This document shows, one piece after another, positions 7,382-18,356 of a stretch of 64,000 nucleotides of DNA. Under the pieces are notes generated by a model, which saw nothing but the letters and a program-made list of their open reading frames with translations, did not search any database and had not been told where the DNA came from. Position numbers and translations under genes: made by a program. The DNA is taken from assembly GCA_030065915.1 (NCBI GenBank), contig JASJCQ010000018.1, positions 4,419-68,418 on the forward strand, given 5' to 3'. The number at the start of each line of letters is the position of its first letter. Position 1 is the stretch's first letter. This DNA is from Woeseiaceae bacterium. GTDB taxonomy: Bacteria > Pseudomonadota > Gammaproteobacteria > Steroidobacterales > Woeseiaceae.

Positions 7382-7996
7382 TCAGGCAGGCGTTCCGCTG
7401 TGAAAGCGGAACTGCTCATCGGGCGCATTGATCAGATCGGCCTCCAGCGCACATAGCTCATCGAGCCTCGCATCGATTTCCGACGCCGGTAGCCCGCATT
7501 CCTGCCTGGCGAAAGCCAGGTAGTGCTGAAAGTGCCGGGCCTCCGACGCCAGCAGCCCAACGTAGAACCGAGAGAGTTTCTCCGGAAGATCCGGAGCAAT
7601 ACGAGCGAACCGCTCGCAGGAACGGGCCTCGATCAGCGCTCCGATCAGCAGCAGGTCCAGCAGCTTGTAGGGCTCCTCGTCACGGACTGCCTCGCGCAGA
7701 GCGCCCGCGTAGCGCGAGGCGCTCAGCCGGCTGAACTCGACGCCCTGCTCTGTCATCAGCTTGCGCACCTGCTCGAAATGCCTGAGTTCTTCACGGGCCA
7801 ATCGGGACATGCGTTGCGCAAGCCCGGAACGGTCCGGGTAGCGATACAGGAAACCCAGCGCCGTCGACGCCGCCTTCAGCTCGCAGTTCGCGTGGTCGAG
7901 CAGAAGCTCCGGCACACGGGACGCAGCCTCCTTCAGCCAGGCATCCGGTGTCGGGCAATTCAGGAATTCTTCTATCGCTTCGGGGACTACAGCCAT
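7382..7996 (-). CDS. miaE: tRNA-(ms2io6A)-hydroxylase MiaE (ferritin-like di-iron)
   Basis: 204 aa. Shows the four-helix di-iron pattern typical of MiaE: HANCELKAAS, REELRHFEQV, EARSCERF, LASEARHFQHY. Confidence 0.8.
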   Translation of the reverse strand: MAVVPEAIEEFLNCPTPDAWLKEAASRVPELLLDHANCELKAASTALGFLYRYPDRSGLAQRMSRLAREELRHFEQVRKLMTEQGVEFSRLSASRYAGALREAVRDEEPYKLLDLLLIGALIEARSCERFARIAPDLPEKLSRFYVGLLASEARHFQHYLAFARQECGLPASEIDARLDELCALEADLINAPDEQFRFHSGTPA

Positions 7997-9183
7997 GAGT
8001 CTATTTCCGCCGCGTTTGAAATGCGGTCGTGCGGCTTTTTCGCCATCATCATGTTGATGACCATCTGGTACCTGGCGAACCTCGTGGGCAGCAAAGGTAC
8101 CGGAGCCTGCGCGTGCTTGTAAATGATGCCCATCGCTGAGTCGGACTCATAAGGTTTATGGCCGGTCAGCATCTCGTAGAAGATCACACCGAGGCTGTAG
8201 ATGTCGCTCCTCTCGTCAATATCGTTACCGTGCCCCTGCTCAGGGCTCATGTAGTACGGTGTGCCGAATATTTCACCGCTGTCGGTCAGCGCGAGCTTCA
8301 GGCGCATGCGCTTGGCCAGGCCAAAGTCAATCAATGCGACCGAACCGTCATCGCGCAACATGACGTTCCCCGGCTTCAAATCCCTGTGCAGAATGCCGAC
8401 GCCATGCACCGCATCCAGCGCGCTGGCAATCTGGCGCAGATAGCTGACGGCCTCCTTCTCGGTGATGCCGGCGCTGATTCTCTGCCGCAAGTCTCCACCG
8501 CCCAGGTATTCCATCGCTATGTGCGAGTGCTCGTCGCCGATGACGAGCTCATAGATCGTCACGATGTTCCCGTGCTTGACCTCGGCAATCAGCTCGTACT
8601 CCTGCAGGAACCGGTCAAACGCCGCCAGCGAGTCCTCGGCATCCGTGACCTGTCGAAACACCTTGAGCACAACGCGCAGGTCATCTCGAACGCGGTCCGC
8701 GAGATAAACCGCGGAGTGCCGCGTCGACGCAAGCCTCGTGACCAGTCGATAGCCCTTCACGAGGGGCTCAGTACTCCGTTCCACGCCGGCGCCGAACAGC
8801 GTCGGAGATAGCGACGCCAGTTTGGGGTTAAGCAGCGCGGCCAGGCACTGCGTCAACTCCCTGTGCTTGAACTGATCTCGAACCATAAACGCGGATGCGG
8901 ATTTTGCATCGGCAAGCTCATCGGCCTGGCCGAAATACACGAGCGGTGGGAAATGTTCGCGCTTCGAAAACCGCGCGAGCTCCTCGAGGCCAGAGCGATC
9001 TCCCTGCTCGTCGCCAAGCAGAATCAGGTCATTGCCGGCTCCGCTGAATTCGTCCGGCAAGAAGCCGGCCGCGACCGGGTCGTAAGCCTGCACGATAGCG
9101 TCGGGCCAGTGAGTGGTCAGGTGGTGCATGAGCAGGCTGCGGAACTTGGGGTCCGCGTCAATGACCATGAAGCGTGTGCTCAC
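7987..9183 (-). CDS. Hanks-type Ser/Thr protein kinase with N-terminal receiver-like domain
   Basis: 398 aa. Kinase motifs are VVLKVF (catalytic Lys), HRDLKPGNVML, IDFGLAK and GTPYYMSPEQ. The N-terminal ~120 aa (FMVIDADP...DLILLGDE) resembles CheY-like REC. It overlaps the miaE start by 10 nt. Confidence 0.8.
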   Translation of the reverse strand: MSTRFMVIDADPKFRSLLMHHLTTHWPDAIVQAYDPVAAGFLPDEFSGAGNDLILLGDEQGDRSGLEELARFSKREHFPPLVYFGQADELADAKSASAFMVRDQFKHRELTQCLAALLNPKLASLSPTLFGAGVERSTEPLVKGYRLVTRLASTRHSAVYLADRVRDDLRVVLKVFRQVTDAEDSLAAFDRFLQEYELIAEVKHGNIVTIYELVIGDEHSHIAMEYLGGGDLRQRISAGITEKEAVSYLRQIASALDAVHGVGILHRDLKPGNVMLRDDGSVALIDFGLAKRMRLKLALTDSGEIFGTPYYMSPEQGHGNDIDERSDIYSLGVIFYEMLTGHKPYESDSAMGIIYKHAQAPVPLLPTRFARYQMVINMMMAKKPHDRISNAAEIDSWL

Positions 9184-9206
9184 CGCGAGGGCTCGGGTCG
9201 GGTCTG

Positions 9207-10742
9207 CTAAATGTTGACGACGTTGGAGGCCTTGCCGTCCCCGTGCGCGCCAGTCTTCTTGCCTTTCCTGGCCCGCTTACGCTGTTTGGCCGCGTCGTTC
9301 CTCTCAGCTTCGAGCTCGTCGAGATAGCTGTCCGTTACGTCACCGGTTACGTATTCGCCGGAGAAACAGGACGTATCGAACTCTTCGATGGACGAATGGT
9401 TATGCCTGACCGAGCGGATCAGTCCGTGAAGGTCCTGGTAAATCAACCGGTCGGCGCCGATCAGTTCCTGGATCTCCTCGATACTGCGACCATTCGCGAT
9501 CAGTTCCGACGCCGCCGGCATGTCGATACCGTAAACGTTCGGGTAGCGAACGGGCGGTGCGGCCGATGCAAAGTAGACCCTTCGTGCGCCCGCCTCCCGG
9601 GCGAGCTTGATGATCTGCTTTGACGTCGTACCACGCACAATAGAATCGTCGACGAGCAGTACGTTCTTGCCACGGAACTCGAGGTCGATCGCGTTGAGTT
9701 TCCGGCGCACCGACTTCGCTCGTTCGGCCTGGCCCGGCATGATGAAGGTACGGCCGATGTAGCGGTTCTTCATGAAGCCTTCGCGGTACTTCACGCCGAG
9801 ATGGTAGGCGACCTGCAACGCCGCCGTGCGACTCGTGTCCGGTATCGGGATGACGACGTCGATGTCGTGGTCCTGGAAGTCGCGCACGATCTTGCCTGCG
9901 AGCTCCTCTCCCATTCTGAGCCGGGCCTTGTACACCGAGATATCGTCGATAATGCTGTCCGGCCGGGCGAAATAGACGTATTCGAATATGCACGGCGTGT
10001 GTTTCGTCTCGCCCTTATATTCGCTGCTGTGCAGGACGCCTTCGTTCTCGATGAAGACGGTCTCTCCGGCCTGCAGGTCACGCAGGCGCTCGAATTGCAG
10101 GATATCCAGCGCGACACTCTCGGACGCTACCATGTAGTCGGTGCCGTCATCGGTCTCTCGCGCGCCAAGCACGAGCGGTCGGATACCGTTCGGGTCGCGA
10201 AATGCAACGATGCCGAAGCCGATGATCAGCGCGACCACGGCGTATCCGCCTGAACAGCGCTCATGAACGGCCTCAACGGCGCCGAATACCTGCTCCGGCG
10301 TCAGCTTGCCCTTGGCGCGAATGTGCAGCTCATGAGCGAAGACGTTCAACAGCACCTCGGAATCGTTGTCCGTACTCAGGTGCCGTCTGTCCTCGCGAGT
10401 CAGCAGCGAAGCCAGATCCTGGTAGTTCGTCAGGTTGCCGTTGTGGGCGAGGCAGATGCCGTACGGCGAATTGACGTAGAAGGGTTGCGCCTCGGCGGAG
10501 CGGGCGCCACCCGCAGTGGGATATCGAACATGCCCGATACCAACGCTGCCGGTCAGACGCATCATGTGCCGCGTTCGGAACACATCACGCACGAGGCCAT
10601 TGGTCTTGCGCTGCTTCAGCCCGTCGTCGCCCCAGGTCACGATCCCGGCGCTGTCCTGCCCGCGGTGCTGCATGACGGTCAACGCGTCGTATATCGCCTG
10701 GTTAACCGGTTCTTTACTTACTATTCCAACAACGCCGCACAC
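9207..10742 (-). CDS. purF: amidophosphoribosyltransferase
   Basis: 511 aa. Has the N-terminal MCGVVGI (Ntn Cys) and PRTase motif [13 protein letters not shown]. Confidence 0.96.
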   Translation of the reverse strand: MCGVVGIVSKEPVNQAIYDALTVMQHRGQDSAGIVTWGDDGLKQRKTNGLVRDVFRTRHMMRLTGSVGIGHVRYPTAGGARSAEAQPFYVNSPYGICLAHNGNLTNYQDLASLLTREDRRHLSTDNDSEVLLNVFAHELHIRAKGKLTPEQVFGAVEAVHERCSGGYAVVALIIGFGIVAFRDPNGIRPLVLGARETDDGTDYMVASESVALDILQFERLRDLQAGETVFIENEGVLHSSEYKGETKHTPCIFEYVYFARPDSIIDDISVYKARLRMGEELAGKIVRDFQDHDIDVVIPIPDTSRTAALQVAYHLGVKYREGFMKNRYIGRTFIMPGQAERAKSVRRKLNAIDLEFRGKNVLLVDDSIVRGTTSKQIIKLAREAGARRVYFASAAPPVRYPNVYGIDMPAASELIANGRSIEEIQELIGADRLIYQDLHGLIRSVRHNHSSIEEFDTSCFSGEYVTGDVTDSYLDELEAERNDAAKQRKRARKGKKTGAHGDGKASNVVNI

Positions 10743-10754
10743 AGTCCCGGTCCT

Positions 10755-11303
10755 CTACGATTGATCCATCCATTGCAGTGCTTCTTGCACTGATACGGGT
10801 AATGACTCTGCCGCTTCATCCGGAGTCAGCATCTCGAGGCCCTGCGGCGCCATGACGCGAATCCAGTCGGCTACAACTTCAAAATGCGGTATCAGTTTCG
10901 ACTCGTCCCACCACGGGTCGTTGTCGAATCCGGCGAACTCTCCGCCGATCAGGAACACCGCCGTTAACAACACGCCTCGACCGATACCGAACAACGAGCC
11001 AAGGAAACGGTCCATGCCGCTCAGAACCGAGAGCCGCACCAGTTTACTGACCGCCCAGCCCAGCAGGCCGCCGACCGACAGAATGACGGCGAAGACCAGG
11101 ATCCGTCCGAACCAGATCTGTAACTCTCTCGATGTCAGCCAGCTGTCCGACACCGATCCAATCGTAGGTCCGAAGTACATCGCCGCCCAGATGGCGAACA
11201 GCAGAGAGGCGATGGAAATGGCTTCTTTTACGAAACCTCGGAACAGTCCGACGACGGCAGACAATACGATGGCGACAGCAATCGCTATATCAATGAAGGC
11301 CAT
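10755..11303 (-). CDS. cvpA: CvpA family membrane protein
   Basis: 182 aa with four predicted TM segments. Sits in the conserved dedD-cvpA-purF position. Confidence 0.85.
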   Translation of the reverse strand: MAFIDIAIAVAIVLSAVVGLFRGFVKEAISIASLLFAIWAAMYFGPTIGSVSDSWLTSRELQIWFGRILVFAVILSVGGLLGWAVSKLVRLSVLSGMDRFLGSLFGIGRGVLLTAVFLIGGEFAGFDNDPWWDESKLIPHFEVVADWIRVMAPQGLEMLTPDEAAESLPVSVQEALQWMDQS

Positions 11304-11369
11304 TTTTGGCTCTTGCGGACAGCGGGTGCGCAGATTCTAGCAGAACGCAACCCCGTGACCACAGTGGAA

Positions 11370-12011
11370 TCACGGGTGTGGGACAACCTGACCAGTGTGT
11401 CCGGCATCCTTGAGTCTGGACGCCATGGCTTCGGCCGCAGGCTTGTCCTTTTGCGGGCCGATGCGCACACGATGCAGCTCTTTTCCGCCGTTATCGGTCT
11501 TGCTTAGAAAAGCGGCGAAGCCCTTCTGCCTGAGATCGGCGGCGAGCCGATTGGCATTGTCTGCGCTTGAAAAACTGCCAAGCTGTACGGCCCACATGCC
11601 GGTTGCCGACCCGGCGCTGCGCTGGATCTTCGGCGCCTCTCGTGGCGCCGTTTGCGGGGGTGGCTCATCCGCCTCGATGTCGGCGCTCGACGCAATGGCT
11701 GTCGAAGGTTCCGGCTCCGGTTCGACTGCGTTTTCCGGCTTCGCCAGCTGCGCGGGTTCGGGCTCGGGCTCCGCCGTTCGTATGGCAGATGCTGGCTGGG
11801 ACGCATCCACCTCGGAGGGCACCGGCTCCGTGCGGTCACGATCGAGAATGACCATTTTTAGCGGCTGTTCGTTCTGACCAGGCAACGGCACCCGCTCTCT
11901 GATGACGTCGTTCTCGGTCGGTGGGCCATCGAGGAACACCGGCACGACAAGCACGACGAAAACGACCAGCACGATCGCGCCGATGATGCGTTCTTTAAGG
12001 GCTCTGTCCAT
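11370..12011 (-). CDS. dedD: SPOR domain cell-division protein (DedD-like)
   Basis: Start taken at MDRALKERIIGAIVLVVFVVLVV (TM anchor), which avoids overlap with folC. It has a Pro/Glu-rich linker and a C-terminal SPOR-like WAVQLGSFSSADNANRLAADLRQKGF. Lies in the folC-dedD-cvpA position. Confidence 0.8.
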   Translation of the reverse strand: MDRALKERIIGAIVLVVFVVLVVPVFLDGPPTENDVIRERVPLPGQNEQPLKMVILDRDRTEPVPSEVDASQPASAIRTAEPEPEPAQLAKPENAVEPEPEPSTAIASSADIEADEPPPQTAPREAPKIQRSAGSATGMWAVQLGSFSSADNANRLAADLRQKGFAAFLSKTDNGGKELHRVRIGPQKDKPAAEAMASRLKDAGHTGQVVPHP

Positions 12012-12021
12012 GTCTTTGCGC

Positions 12022-13302
12022 TCAAGCAGACTGCGAGTATAGCCCAAGCGCACGCTGCACTGGACCCACTGTGAAGAAGGATCCGGTCACGATGATTCGA
12101 CCATCGTCAGCCGACATCGATGACGCATAGTCGACAGCCGCCGCCGCCGAGTCGGCGATCATGCAGGGTTTGTCGCTCAGGTTCGACACTCGACGTGCGA
12201 GCTCTGCCGCCGGCACCGCTCGGCCGCTGTCCGGCGTGATTGCAATCCAGACGTCGACTGCGGGACAGAGGTGCAGCACGACGGAATCCACATCCTTGTC
12301 GTTCAGCATGCCGATGATCGCAACGGTTTCCGACGCCTCGGCTCGCGACGCCTGCAAGGTTTCCGCCAGCGCAGCCGCGGCAGCCGGATTGTGGGCGACG
12401 TCGAAAACCCACTCCCGTTCGTTACGCACGCGTTGCATTCGTGCGGGAAGATCCACGTCCAGCAACGCCTTGCTGGCCGTGGAGACGTCGAGCGCGCGGT
12501 CGAGGCCAGCCGCCTCTAGCAGCGCAAGCGCGCCCGCCGCGTTTGCGAGCTGAAACTCGCCGGCGAGCGCAGGCTTCGGCAGACGATCGAGGCGCCTGCG
12601 GCGGCCGTACCAGCTCCAGTCCGGCCCGCAGTCTTCCCAGTCGTAGTCCCGGCCAGCCCATATGAACTCTGCTCCGACCGAGTCCGCGTGGCCAAGCAGC
12701 GTCTCGGGCGCCTCCTGCCGGTCACCGTAGACCGCGGGGCGGCCACCTCGATAGATGCCGGCCTTCTCAAAGGCGATTTCCGGGATGGTGTTGCCCAGCC
12801 AGTCACAGTGGTCCAGGGAGACATTGGTAACGATCGCGGCGTCCGCATCGACGATGTTGACGGCATCGAGGCGACCGCCAAGCCCGACCTCGAGGACCGA
12901 GACGTCGACCCCGGCCGCCTCGAAAACAGCAAGCGCGGCCAGCGTGCCGTACTCGAAATAGGTCAGCGGCACATCATTCCTCGCGGCCTCGACCCGCTCG
13001 AAGGCGGTCACCAGTTCGTCGTCACTGGAGAGACGATCGTCTATCCTGACGCGCTCGTTGTAGACGTGCAGATGAGGCGACGTGTAGGCGCCTGCGCGGT
13101 AGCCGCCGCATTGAAGCAGCGAAACCAGGTAGCCGACGGTAGACCCCTTGCCGTTCGTCCCGCCGACGGTGAGGACAACCGGAGATCTCGGCGAGCCCAT
13201 TCGGTCATGCACGGCCGCCACGCGCTCGAGACCGAGTTCGATCTCCTCTGGTGAGAACGATGACAGGCGCTCAAGCCAATCCGCGAGCGCCGCACGACTC
13301 AT
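12022..13302 (-). CDS. folC: bifunctional folylpolyglutamate synthase / dihydrofolate synthase
   Basis: 426 aa. Has the Mur-ligase P-loop GTNGKGST. Lies in accD-folC order. Confidence 0.93.
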   Translation of the reverse strand: MSRAALADWLERLSSFSPEEIELGLERVAAVHDRMGSPRSPVVLTVGGTNGKGSTVGYLVSLLQCGGYRAGAYTSPHLHVYNERVRIDDRLSSDDELVTAFERVEAARNDVPLTYFEYGTLAALAVFEAAGVDVSVLEVGLGGRLDAVNIVDADAAIVTNVSLDHCDWLGNTIPEIAFEKAGIYRGGRPAVYGDRQEAPETLLGHADSVGAEFIWAGRDYDWEDCGPDWSWYGRRRRLDRLPKPALAGEFQLANAAGALALLEAAGLDRALDVSTASKALLDVDLPARMQRVRNEREWVFDVAHNPAAAAALAETLQASRAEASETVAIIGMLNDKDVDSVVLHLCPAVDVWIAITPDSGRAVPAAELARRVSNLSDKPCMIADSAAAAVDYASSMSADDGRIIVTGSFFTVGPVQRALGLYSQSA

Positions 13303-13309
13303 GAGCGCT

Positions 13310-14176
13310 TCAGCCCGGCGACGGCGCGGCCCGGTTCTCGAGTTTCGACAACAGCGAGGCCAGTTCGTCTCGCATCTCGCGCCGATCGATGATCCTGTCG
13401 ATTGCGCCGTGGTCCAACAGGAACTCGCTGCGCTGGAAGCCTTCCGGCAGTTTCTCTCGCACGGTCTGCTCGATCACGCGGGGTCCCGCAAATCCGATCA
13501 GTGCACCCGGCTCCGCCACATTGACGTCGCCCAGCATGGCAAGGCTCGCCGATACACCACCTGTGGTCGGATCCGTCATGACCGAGATGTACGGTACACC
13601 ACGCTCGCCGAGACGCGACAAGGCGGCGGAAGTCTTGGCCATCTGGAACAATGAGAACAGGGCTTCCTGCATACGCGCACCGCCGCTCGCTGAGAAGCAG
13701 ACCAACGGCATGCTGTGCTCGGCCGCGTGAGCGGCTGCTCGCGCAAATCGCTCGCCGACCACGGAACCCATCGAGCCGCCCATGAACGAGAACTCGAAAG
13801 CACAGACAACAATCGGCCGACCCTTGAGGGTACCGGTCGCCGCGACTAACGCGTCCTTCTCACCCGTCTTCTTTTGAGCCTGGACGATGCGGTCGCGATA
13901 CTTTTTGCTGTCGCGAAACTTCAACGGATCTTCCGGCTCCAGGTTTGCGCCAAGCTCCTGCTGCGAGTCAGGATCAAGAAATACGTCGAGGCGTCGACGG
14001 GCGCCGATGCGCATGTGGTAGCCGCACTTCGGGCAAACATGAAGGTTGCGCTCAAGATCGCTGCGATAAAGTTGCGCATCGCAACGGGGACACTTGATCC
14101 ACACGCCCTCGGGCACCGAACGCGTGCGCTTTTCTGTACTGATGCGCGACGGCATCAACTTTTCGAACCAGCTCAT
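13310..14176 (-). CDS. accD: acetyl-CoA carboxylase carboxyltransferase subunit beta
   Basis: 288 aa. Has the N-terminal zinc ribbon CPRCDAQLY...CPKCGYH and a carboxyltransferase core. Confidence 0.96.
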   Translation of the reverse strand: MSWFEKLMPSRISTEKRTRSVPEGVWIKCPRCDAQLYRSDLERNLHVCPKCGYHMRIGARRRLDVFLDPDSQQELGANLEPEDPLKFRDSKKYRDRIVQAQKKTGEKDALVAATGTLKGRPIVVCAFEFSFMGGSMGSVVGERFARAAAHAAEHSMPLVCFSASGGARMQEALFSLFQMAKTSAALSRLGERGVPYISVMTDPTTGGVSASLAMLGDVNVAEPGALIGFAGPRVIEQTVREKLPEGFQRSEFLLDHGAIDRIIDRREMRDELASLLSKLENRAAPSPG

Positions 14177-14208
14177 AAGCCCATCATATCCGTCGTCATT
14201 CAGGCATG

Positions 14209-14964
14209 CTAGCCGGGTAGCTGGAAATCCGTGGGATAGGTGACTTCCGTCAGTATCAGCCCCTGCGGCGGTGCGGTGATCCCGCCCTGCTTGCGGTCGC
14301 GGCTTTCGAGCACCTCACTCGCCCACGACACATCGTTCTGCCCGCTGCCGATGCTCACCAGCGTGCCGGTAATGTTGCGAACCATATGCTGCAGGAATGC
14401 ATTCGCTCGCACCTCCAGAATCACCCAGTCGCCCTCACGCCGCACGCTTAAATGTTGGAGTTCACGCATCGCCGACTTGGCCTGACAACCCGCCGCACGA
14501 AAAGCCGAGAAGTCGTGCTCGCCGAGCAACTGCTGTCCCGCCTCGTGCATCGCATCGGCATCCAGCGCCGCATGAAACCACCAGCAACGCTGGCGATGCA
14601 GGGCGGATCGCACGAGGCGGTTCAGTATCCGGTATCGATAGCTTCGGTTCAGCGCCGAGAAGCGGGCATGAAAGTCATCGCTGACAGGCTTTACCCATCG
14701 CACATTAACGTCGTCCGGCAGCGCGCTGTTGATGCCGAGCAGCCAGCCTCGGTCGGTCCTTTCAGATTCAGTATCGAAGTGCCCTACCTGTCCGGAGGCG
14801 TGGACGCCGGTATCGGTTCGGCCGGCACAGGTGATCTCAACGGGCTCGTCTGCAACCTCGGAAGCCGCGTTCTCTATAACTTCCTGTACGCCGGACCCGA
14901 CGCGCTGACGCTGCCAGCCGTTGTAGTTGCTGCCGTCGTATTCGATGCCGATTGCGAGGCGCAT
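14209..14964 (-). CDS. truA: tRNA pseudouridine(38-40) synthase
   Basis: 251 aa. Has [20 protein letters not shown] and the catalytic GRTDTGVHA. Confidence 0.95.
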   Translation of the reverse strand: MRLAIGIEYDGSNYNGWQRQRVGSGVQEVIENAASEVADEPVEITCAGRTDTGVHASGQVGHFDTESERTDRGWLLGINSALPDDVNVRWVKPVSDDFHARFSALNRSYRYRILNRLVRSALHRQRCWWFHAALDADAMHEAGQQLLGEHDFSAFRAAGCQAKSAMRELQHLSVRREGDWVILEVRANAFLQHMVRNITGTLVSIGSGQNDVSWASEVLESRDRKQGGITAPPQGLILTEVTYPTDFQLPG

Positions 14965-15010
14965 GCGTCAGTCGAACCGGCCGCCACAAACGCCGGCCGG
15001 TGCGTACAGG

Positions 15011-18000
15011 CTAGCTCGGCAGGGAATCCAGGAGCTGCTGGGCCTGCTGCCGCTGTTCGTCGTCGCCCTCGTCGAGGACTTCCTCGAGAATGCTGCGCGC
15101 GCCGCCCGGATCGCCCATGTCGACATAGGCTCTCGCGAGATCGAGCTTGGTGCCCACCTCGGTCATTGTCCGAGCCTCGCTCAGGTCATCGCTCATGTCG
15201 TCGTCACTGAACGACATGGTCGGTACCTCAGCCGTCGCATCGTCGACAGCCGGTCGCGGCTGCTCGACGGTTTCGTCCTCGCGCGGCATCTCGACGGTGT
15301 CTCCGCCTTCTGTCGCTTCGAGAACCGCGGTCAGGTCGTCGAGGTCCAGGTCCATGTCGGTGCTGGCCAGCGCCGGCGTCTCCGCCGTCGCGTCCGCATC
15401 GAATGCATCTTTGGGCAATGCTTCGGTCTTTGCGAAATCGAAGTCCTCGTCGCCGCCGACCGGCGCCAGAATCGTGGCGTCGCTGTCCGAGATCACCTCG
15501 GTGCCGGTACCCATGTCGTCGAGGTCATCCATGTTGGACGCCAGCAGCGTCTCAGCTTCGTCACCGATGATCTGGCCAGGCTCATTGATCGTCTCGACCG
15601 CCATGTCATCCGAGAGGATCTGCGTCTTGCCGGTCGCCGCCAGGATGTCGACGTCGGCATCCGTGCTGTCATGATCGCCGAGATCGACTTCGACCGTTTC
15701 CTGCAGGCCAGTCGCCTCCAGGTCGCTGACGTCGATTGTGGCGGTCAAGCCGGTCGCACTGGGATCGATGGCCGGATTCTTCCCGGTCTCGTCCTCGAGG
15801 TCCGGCAGGATCTTGTTGATGTCGGTATCGTCGCCCAGCGCCTCATGGGAGCCGGTGATCTCCATCTCTGCCTCGTCGGCGCCTCCGGCATCCAGCGCGT
15901 CGAGATCCAGACCAAGGTCGTCGAGGTCGATCTCAGCGGTTGCATCGCTCGGCTGCTCGTCCTCGGCCATGGCGGCGTCGATGGTCGCATCTTCATCTAA
16001 CGCCGGCATCTCGGCCGTACCCTCATCGATCGGGTTCTCGATCGTCGGCGACTCCTGCGTAACGTCGAGCACCTCGTCGACCTCGCTGGACCCGCTTTCG
16101 TCGAACAGGAAGTCGAGCCCACCTTCATCCTCTCCGGCAGTGGTTTCGTCGTCGCCGAAGACCATATCGAGGTCTCCCCCGCCGTCATCGGCGGCGTCGA
16201 ATGTAAGGTCGACTTCCCTGGTTGCGCCCGCAACGCCGGCACCGGCGAACAGCGCATGATCGGCGGCGATCTGCTGCCCCATGATCACGATCTTGTCCCA
16301 CTCGGCACTCTCACCGTCTCCAACCGCGGATTTGACGCGCTCTGCGGCATCGACGAACGAGTCGCGATTGCCCCACACAAAGTAAATTTCGCACAGCTTC
16401 GTCAGCAGATCCTGACGCTCCGGCTCGACCTCCAGCGCACCATTGATCAGATCGGCCGCCTGGTCGTACAGGCCGTAGGCCATGTGGAAGTCGGCCTCGG
16501 CAATCGGATCGGACTGGTCGAGATTGACCGCCGTTTCGCTGCTGAATGTATCTTCAAGTGAGCCGGTCTCTGCAAGCTGGTCATCGCCAGGAAGATCGAA
16601 GTCCGCGGAGCCCTCCGGCGGAGGTACTTCGATCGTGTCACCGATGTTCCCCGTGGCGGTTGCTTCCTGTTCAACAACGACAAACGCCTCGTCGCCTTCC
16701 GGCGCCGGTATCGTCTCGGTCTGTGAAGTCCGGGTCAGCGCCGTCAGGTCGTCGTCGCCTGCATCGAGGGGCTCCCAAACGCCGGAACCTTCATCGTCGG
16801 CGCCTCGGCGGCGCAGGAAGAAGAACAGTATTCCAGCGACGGCGACAATCGCGCCGACAATAATCATCCAGAAACTCTGCAACAGGTCGAGAGTCTTCTC
16901 GACAAAGCCCGGCTCCTGCGGTGCGCTGCGAATGACGTTGGCCGGCGCAGGCTCCTCAGCCTCGGCTGGCTCGGCCTCAGCAGGTTCCGGTTCGTCGACC
17001 GTCTCCGCAATCGGCTCGTCGGTCATTTCGACGCCAAGCTCGTCAGCGCCATCGACAAACGGGTCATCCGTTGCCGGTACCTCCAGCGGCGGCTCGCCGC
17101 GGATTTGGCGCAGCTCTTCGCGCAGATTCGAAAGCTCGTCGTTGCGAATGTCGATCAATGCCTGTTGTTCGGGCACCTCTGCAGCCTCGAGCTCTTCGAG
17201 GCGCTCGAGGATCGCCTGCTCGCGTGTCATGGGCTCTTCGCCCGCGGCATCTTCCTCGCCGGTACCGATGCCGACCGGCTCTTCGTCCGGCGGAACCAGC
17301 GTCAGGCTGGGTTGCTCGGGCTCAGGCTCGGGAACCAGTTCAGGCTCCGGTTCCGCCGTGTAAGCAGGTTCGGCGGCCGTACCGGCCGTGCCGTCCCAGT
17401 TTTCGTGTTGGCGGCTGACTTCATTCAGCGCGGTGCGTCGGTCGATCTGGTAGATCTCATCCGCGCTCGGGATACGCAGCCTGGCACCTGCTTTGAGAAT
17501 GTTGATGTTGCCGCCAAATGCTTCCGGGTTTGCCTCGAAGATGGCGAGCATGGTCTGGTTGATCGTCAGTCGGCTGTCCGGCTTGACCGACCGGGCGATG
17601 CCCCACAACGTCTGGTTGCGAGAGACGATGTAGTCGTCGGCGCTGCCGGTGTCGTAGGGTCGCGTGTCCGTATCGGGGGCCGGTGCAGGCTCCTGCGGTA
17701 CCGGCTCCTGCGGCGCAGGCCGCGGGCGTGCTACGGGCTGCGGACGCGGTGCGGGTTGTGCGGCCGGCTGCGGCGCTGGTCGTTCGATGCGCCCGGAATC
17801 CCGGGGTTCCGCCCGCTGCGGCGCGGTGACCGCCTGCTGCGTCGGCTGCGGCGGCGCGAACGTCGGCGGATCCAGCAATACGGTGTATTCGCGAAGCAAT
17901 CGGCCGCGAGCCCATGAGGCCTCGACGAGAAAAGTCAGGAACGGCTCTGTCATCGGCTGCCGGGAGGTCACGCGAACGTAGTTGCCGTCGGCGCGGCCCA

Positions 18001-18256
18001 CTTCGACGATATCGAAGGTCAGGCCCTGCAAATAGGCAGGCCGGTCCAGGCCGTAGCGTGCGAAGGCATCGCTGCTGGCCAGTTTCACCGTCAATTCGGC
18101 GAGTTCCTCCGGCGTTGCCGACAGGAGTTCGATTTCAGCCTCGAAAGGCTCGTTCAGGGCGGAATTAAGTTTAATTTCACCCAGACCAAGCGCCCAGGCG
18201 TTGCTCGTCATCAAAACGACGAATGCCAGCCCAAGGCGATTTAAAAATCGCGGCAT
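15011..18256 (-). CDS. fimV: FimV/HubP-family polar peptidoglycan-binding protein
   Basis: Start taken at MPRFLNRLGLAFVVLMTSNAWA (signal). Has the FimV N-terminal motif LGLGEIKLNSALNEPFEAEIEL, a LysM-like YIVSRNQTLWGIA, the TM FWMIIVGAIVAVAGILFFF, a very acidic cytoplasmic region, and the C-terminal FimV motif KLDLARAYVDMGDPGGARSILEEVL. The asd-fimV-truA order matches Pseudomonas. Confidence 0.88.
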   Translation of the reverse strand: MPRFLNRLGLAFVVLMTSNAWALGLGEIKLNSALNEPFEAEIELLSATPEELAELTVKLASSDAFARYGLDRPAYLQGLTFDIVEVGRADGNYVRVTSRQPMTEPFLTFLVEASWARGRLLREYTVLLDPPTFAPPQPTQQAVTAPQRAEPRDSGRIERPAPQPAAQPAPRPQPVARPRPAPQEPVPQEPAPAPDTDTRPYDTGSADDYIVSRNQTLWGIARSVKPDSRLTINQTMLAIFEANPEAFGGNINILKAGARLRIPSADEIYQIDRRTALNEVSRQHENWDGTAGTAAEPAYTAEPEPELVPEPEPEQPSLTLVPPDEEPVGIGTGEEDAAGEEPMTREQAILERLEELEAAEVPEQQALIDIRNDELSNLREELRQIRGEPPLEVPATDDPFVDGADELGVEMTDEPIAETVDEPEPAEAEPAEAEEPAPANVIRSAPQEPGFVEKTLDLLQSFWMIIVGAIVAVAGILFFFLRRRGADDEGSGVWEPLDAGDDDLTALTRTSQTETIPAPEGDEAFVVVEQEATATGNIGDTIEVPPPEGSADFDLPGDDQLAETGSLEDTFSSETAVNLDQSDPIAEADFHMAYGLYDQAADLINGALEVEPERQDLLTKLCEIYFVWGNRDSFVDAAERVKSAVGDGESAEWDKIVIMGQQIAADHALFAGAGVAGATREVDLTFDAADDGGGDLDMVFGDDETTAGEDEGGLDFLFDESGSSEVDEVLDVTQESPTIENPIDEGTAEMPALDEDATIDAAMAEDEQPSDATAEIDLDDLGLDLDALDAGGADEAEMEITGSHEALGDDTDINKILPDLEDETGKNPAIDPSATGLTATIDVSDLEATGLQETVEVDLGDHDSTDADVDILAATGKTQILSDDMAVETINEPGQIIGDEAETLLASNMDDLDDMGTGTEVISDSDATILAPVGGDEDFDFAKTEALPKDAFDADATAETPALASTDMDLDLDDLTAVLEATEGGDTVEMPREDETVEQPRPAVDDATAEVPTMSFSDDDMSDDLSEARTMTEVGTKLDLARAYVDMGDPGGARSILEEVLDEGDDEQRQQAQQLLDSLPS

Positions 18257-18356
18257 AATCTTTGTCTCCAACTCCCCAAGTGCCCCTTCGACCGATGCCA
18301 GACTTCGGTTGAATACGGCTTGCGGACTGCCTGTCCACACGCCGGGCAACTATATC

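Noticed and set aside
15147-17981. Many 100-300-aa ORFs on both strands inside fimV (for example 16482..17363 and 17105..17917)
   Set aside because: Their translations are Ser-, Arg- or Ala-rich low-complexity products generated by the repetitive GC-rich acidic-domain coding sequence. The FimV frame carries the recognisable motifs.
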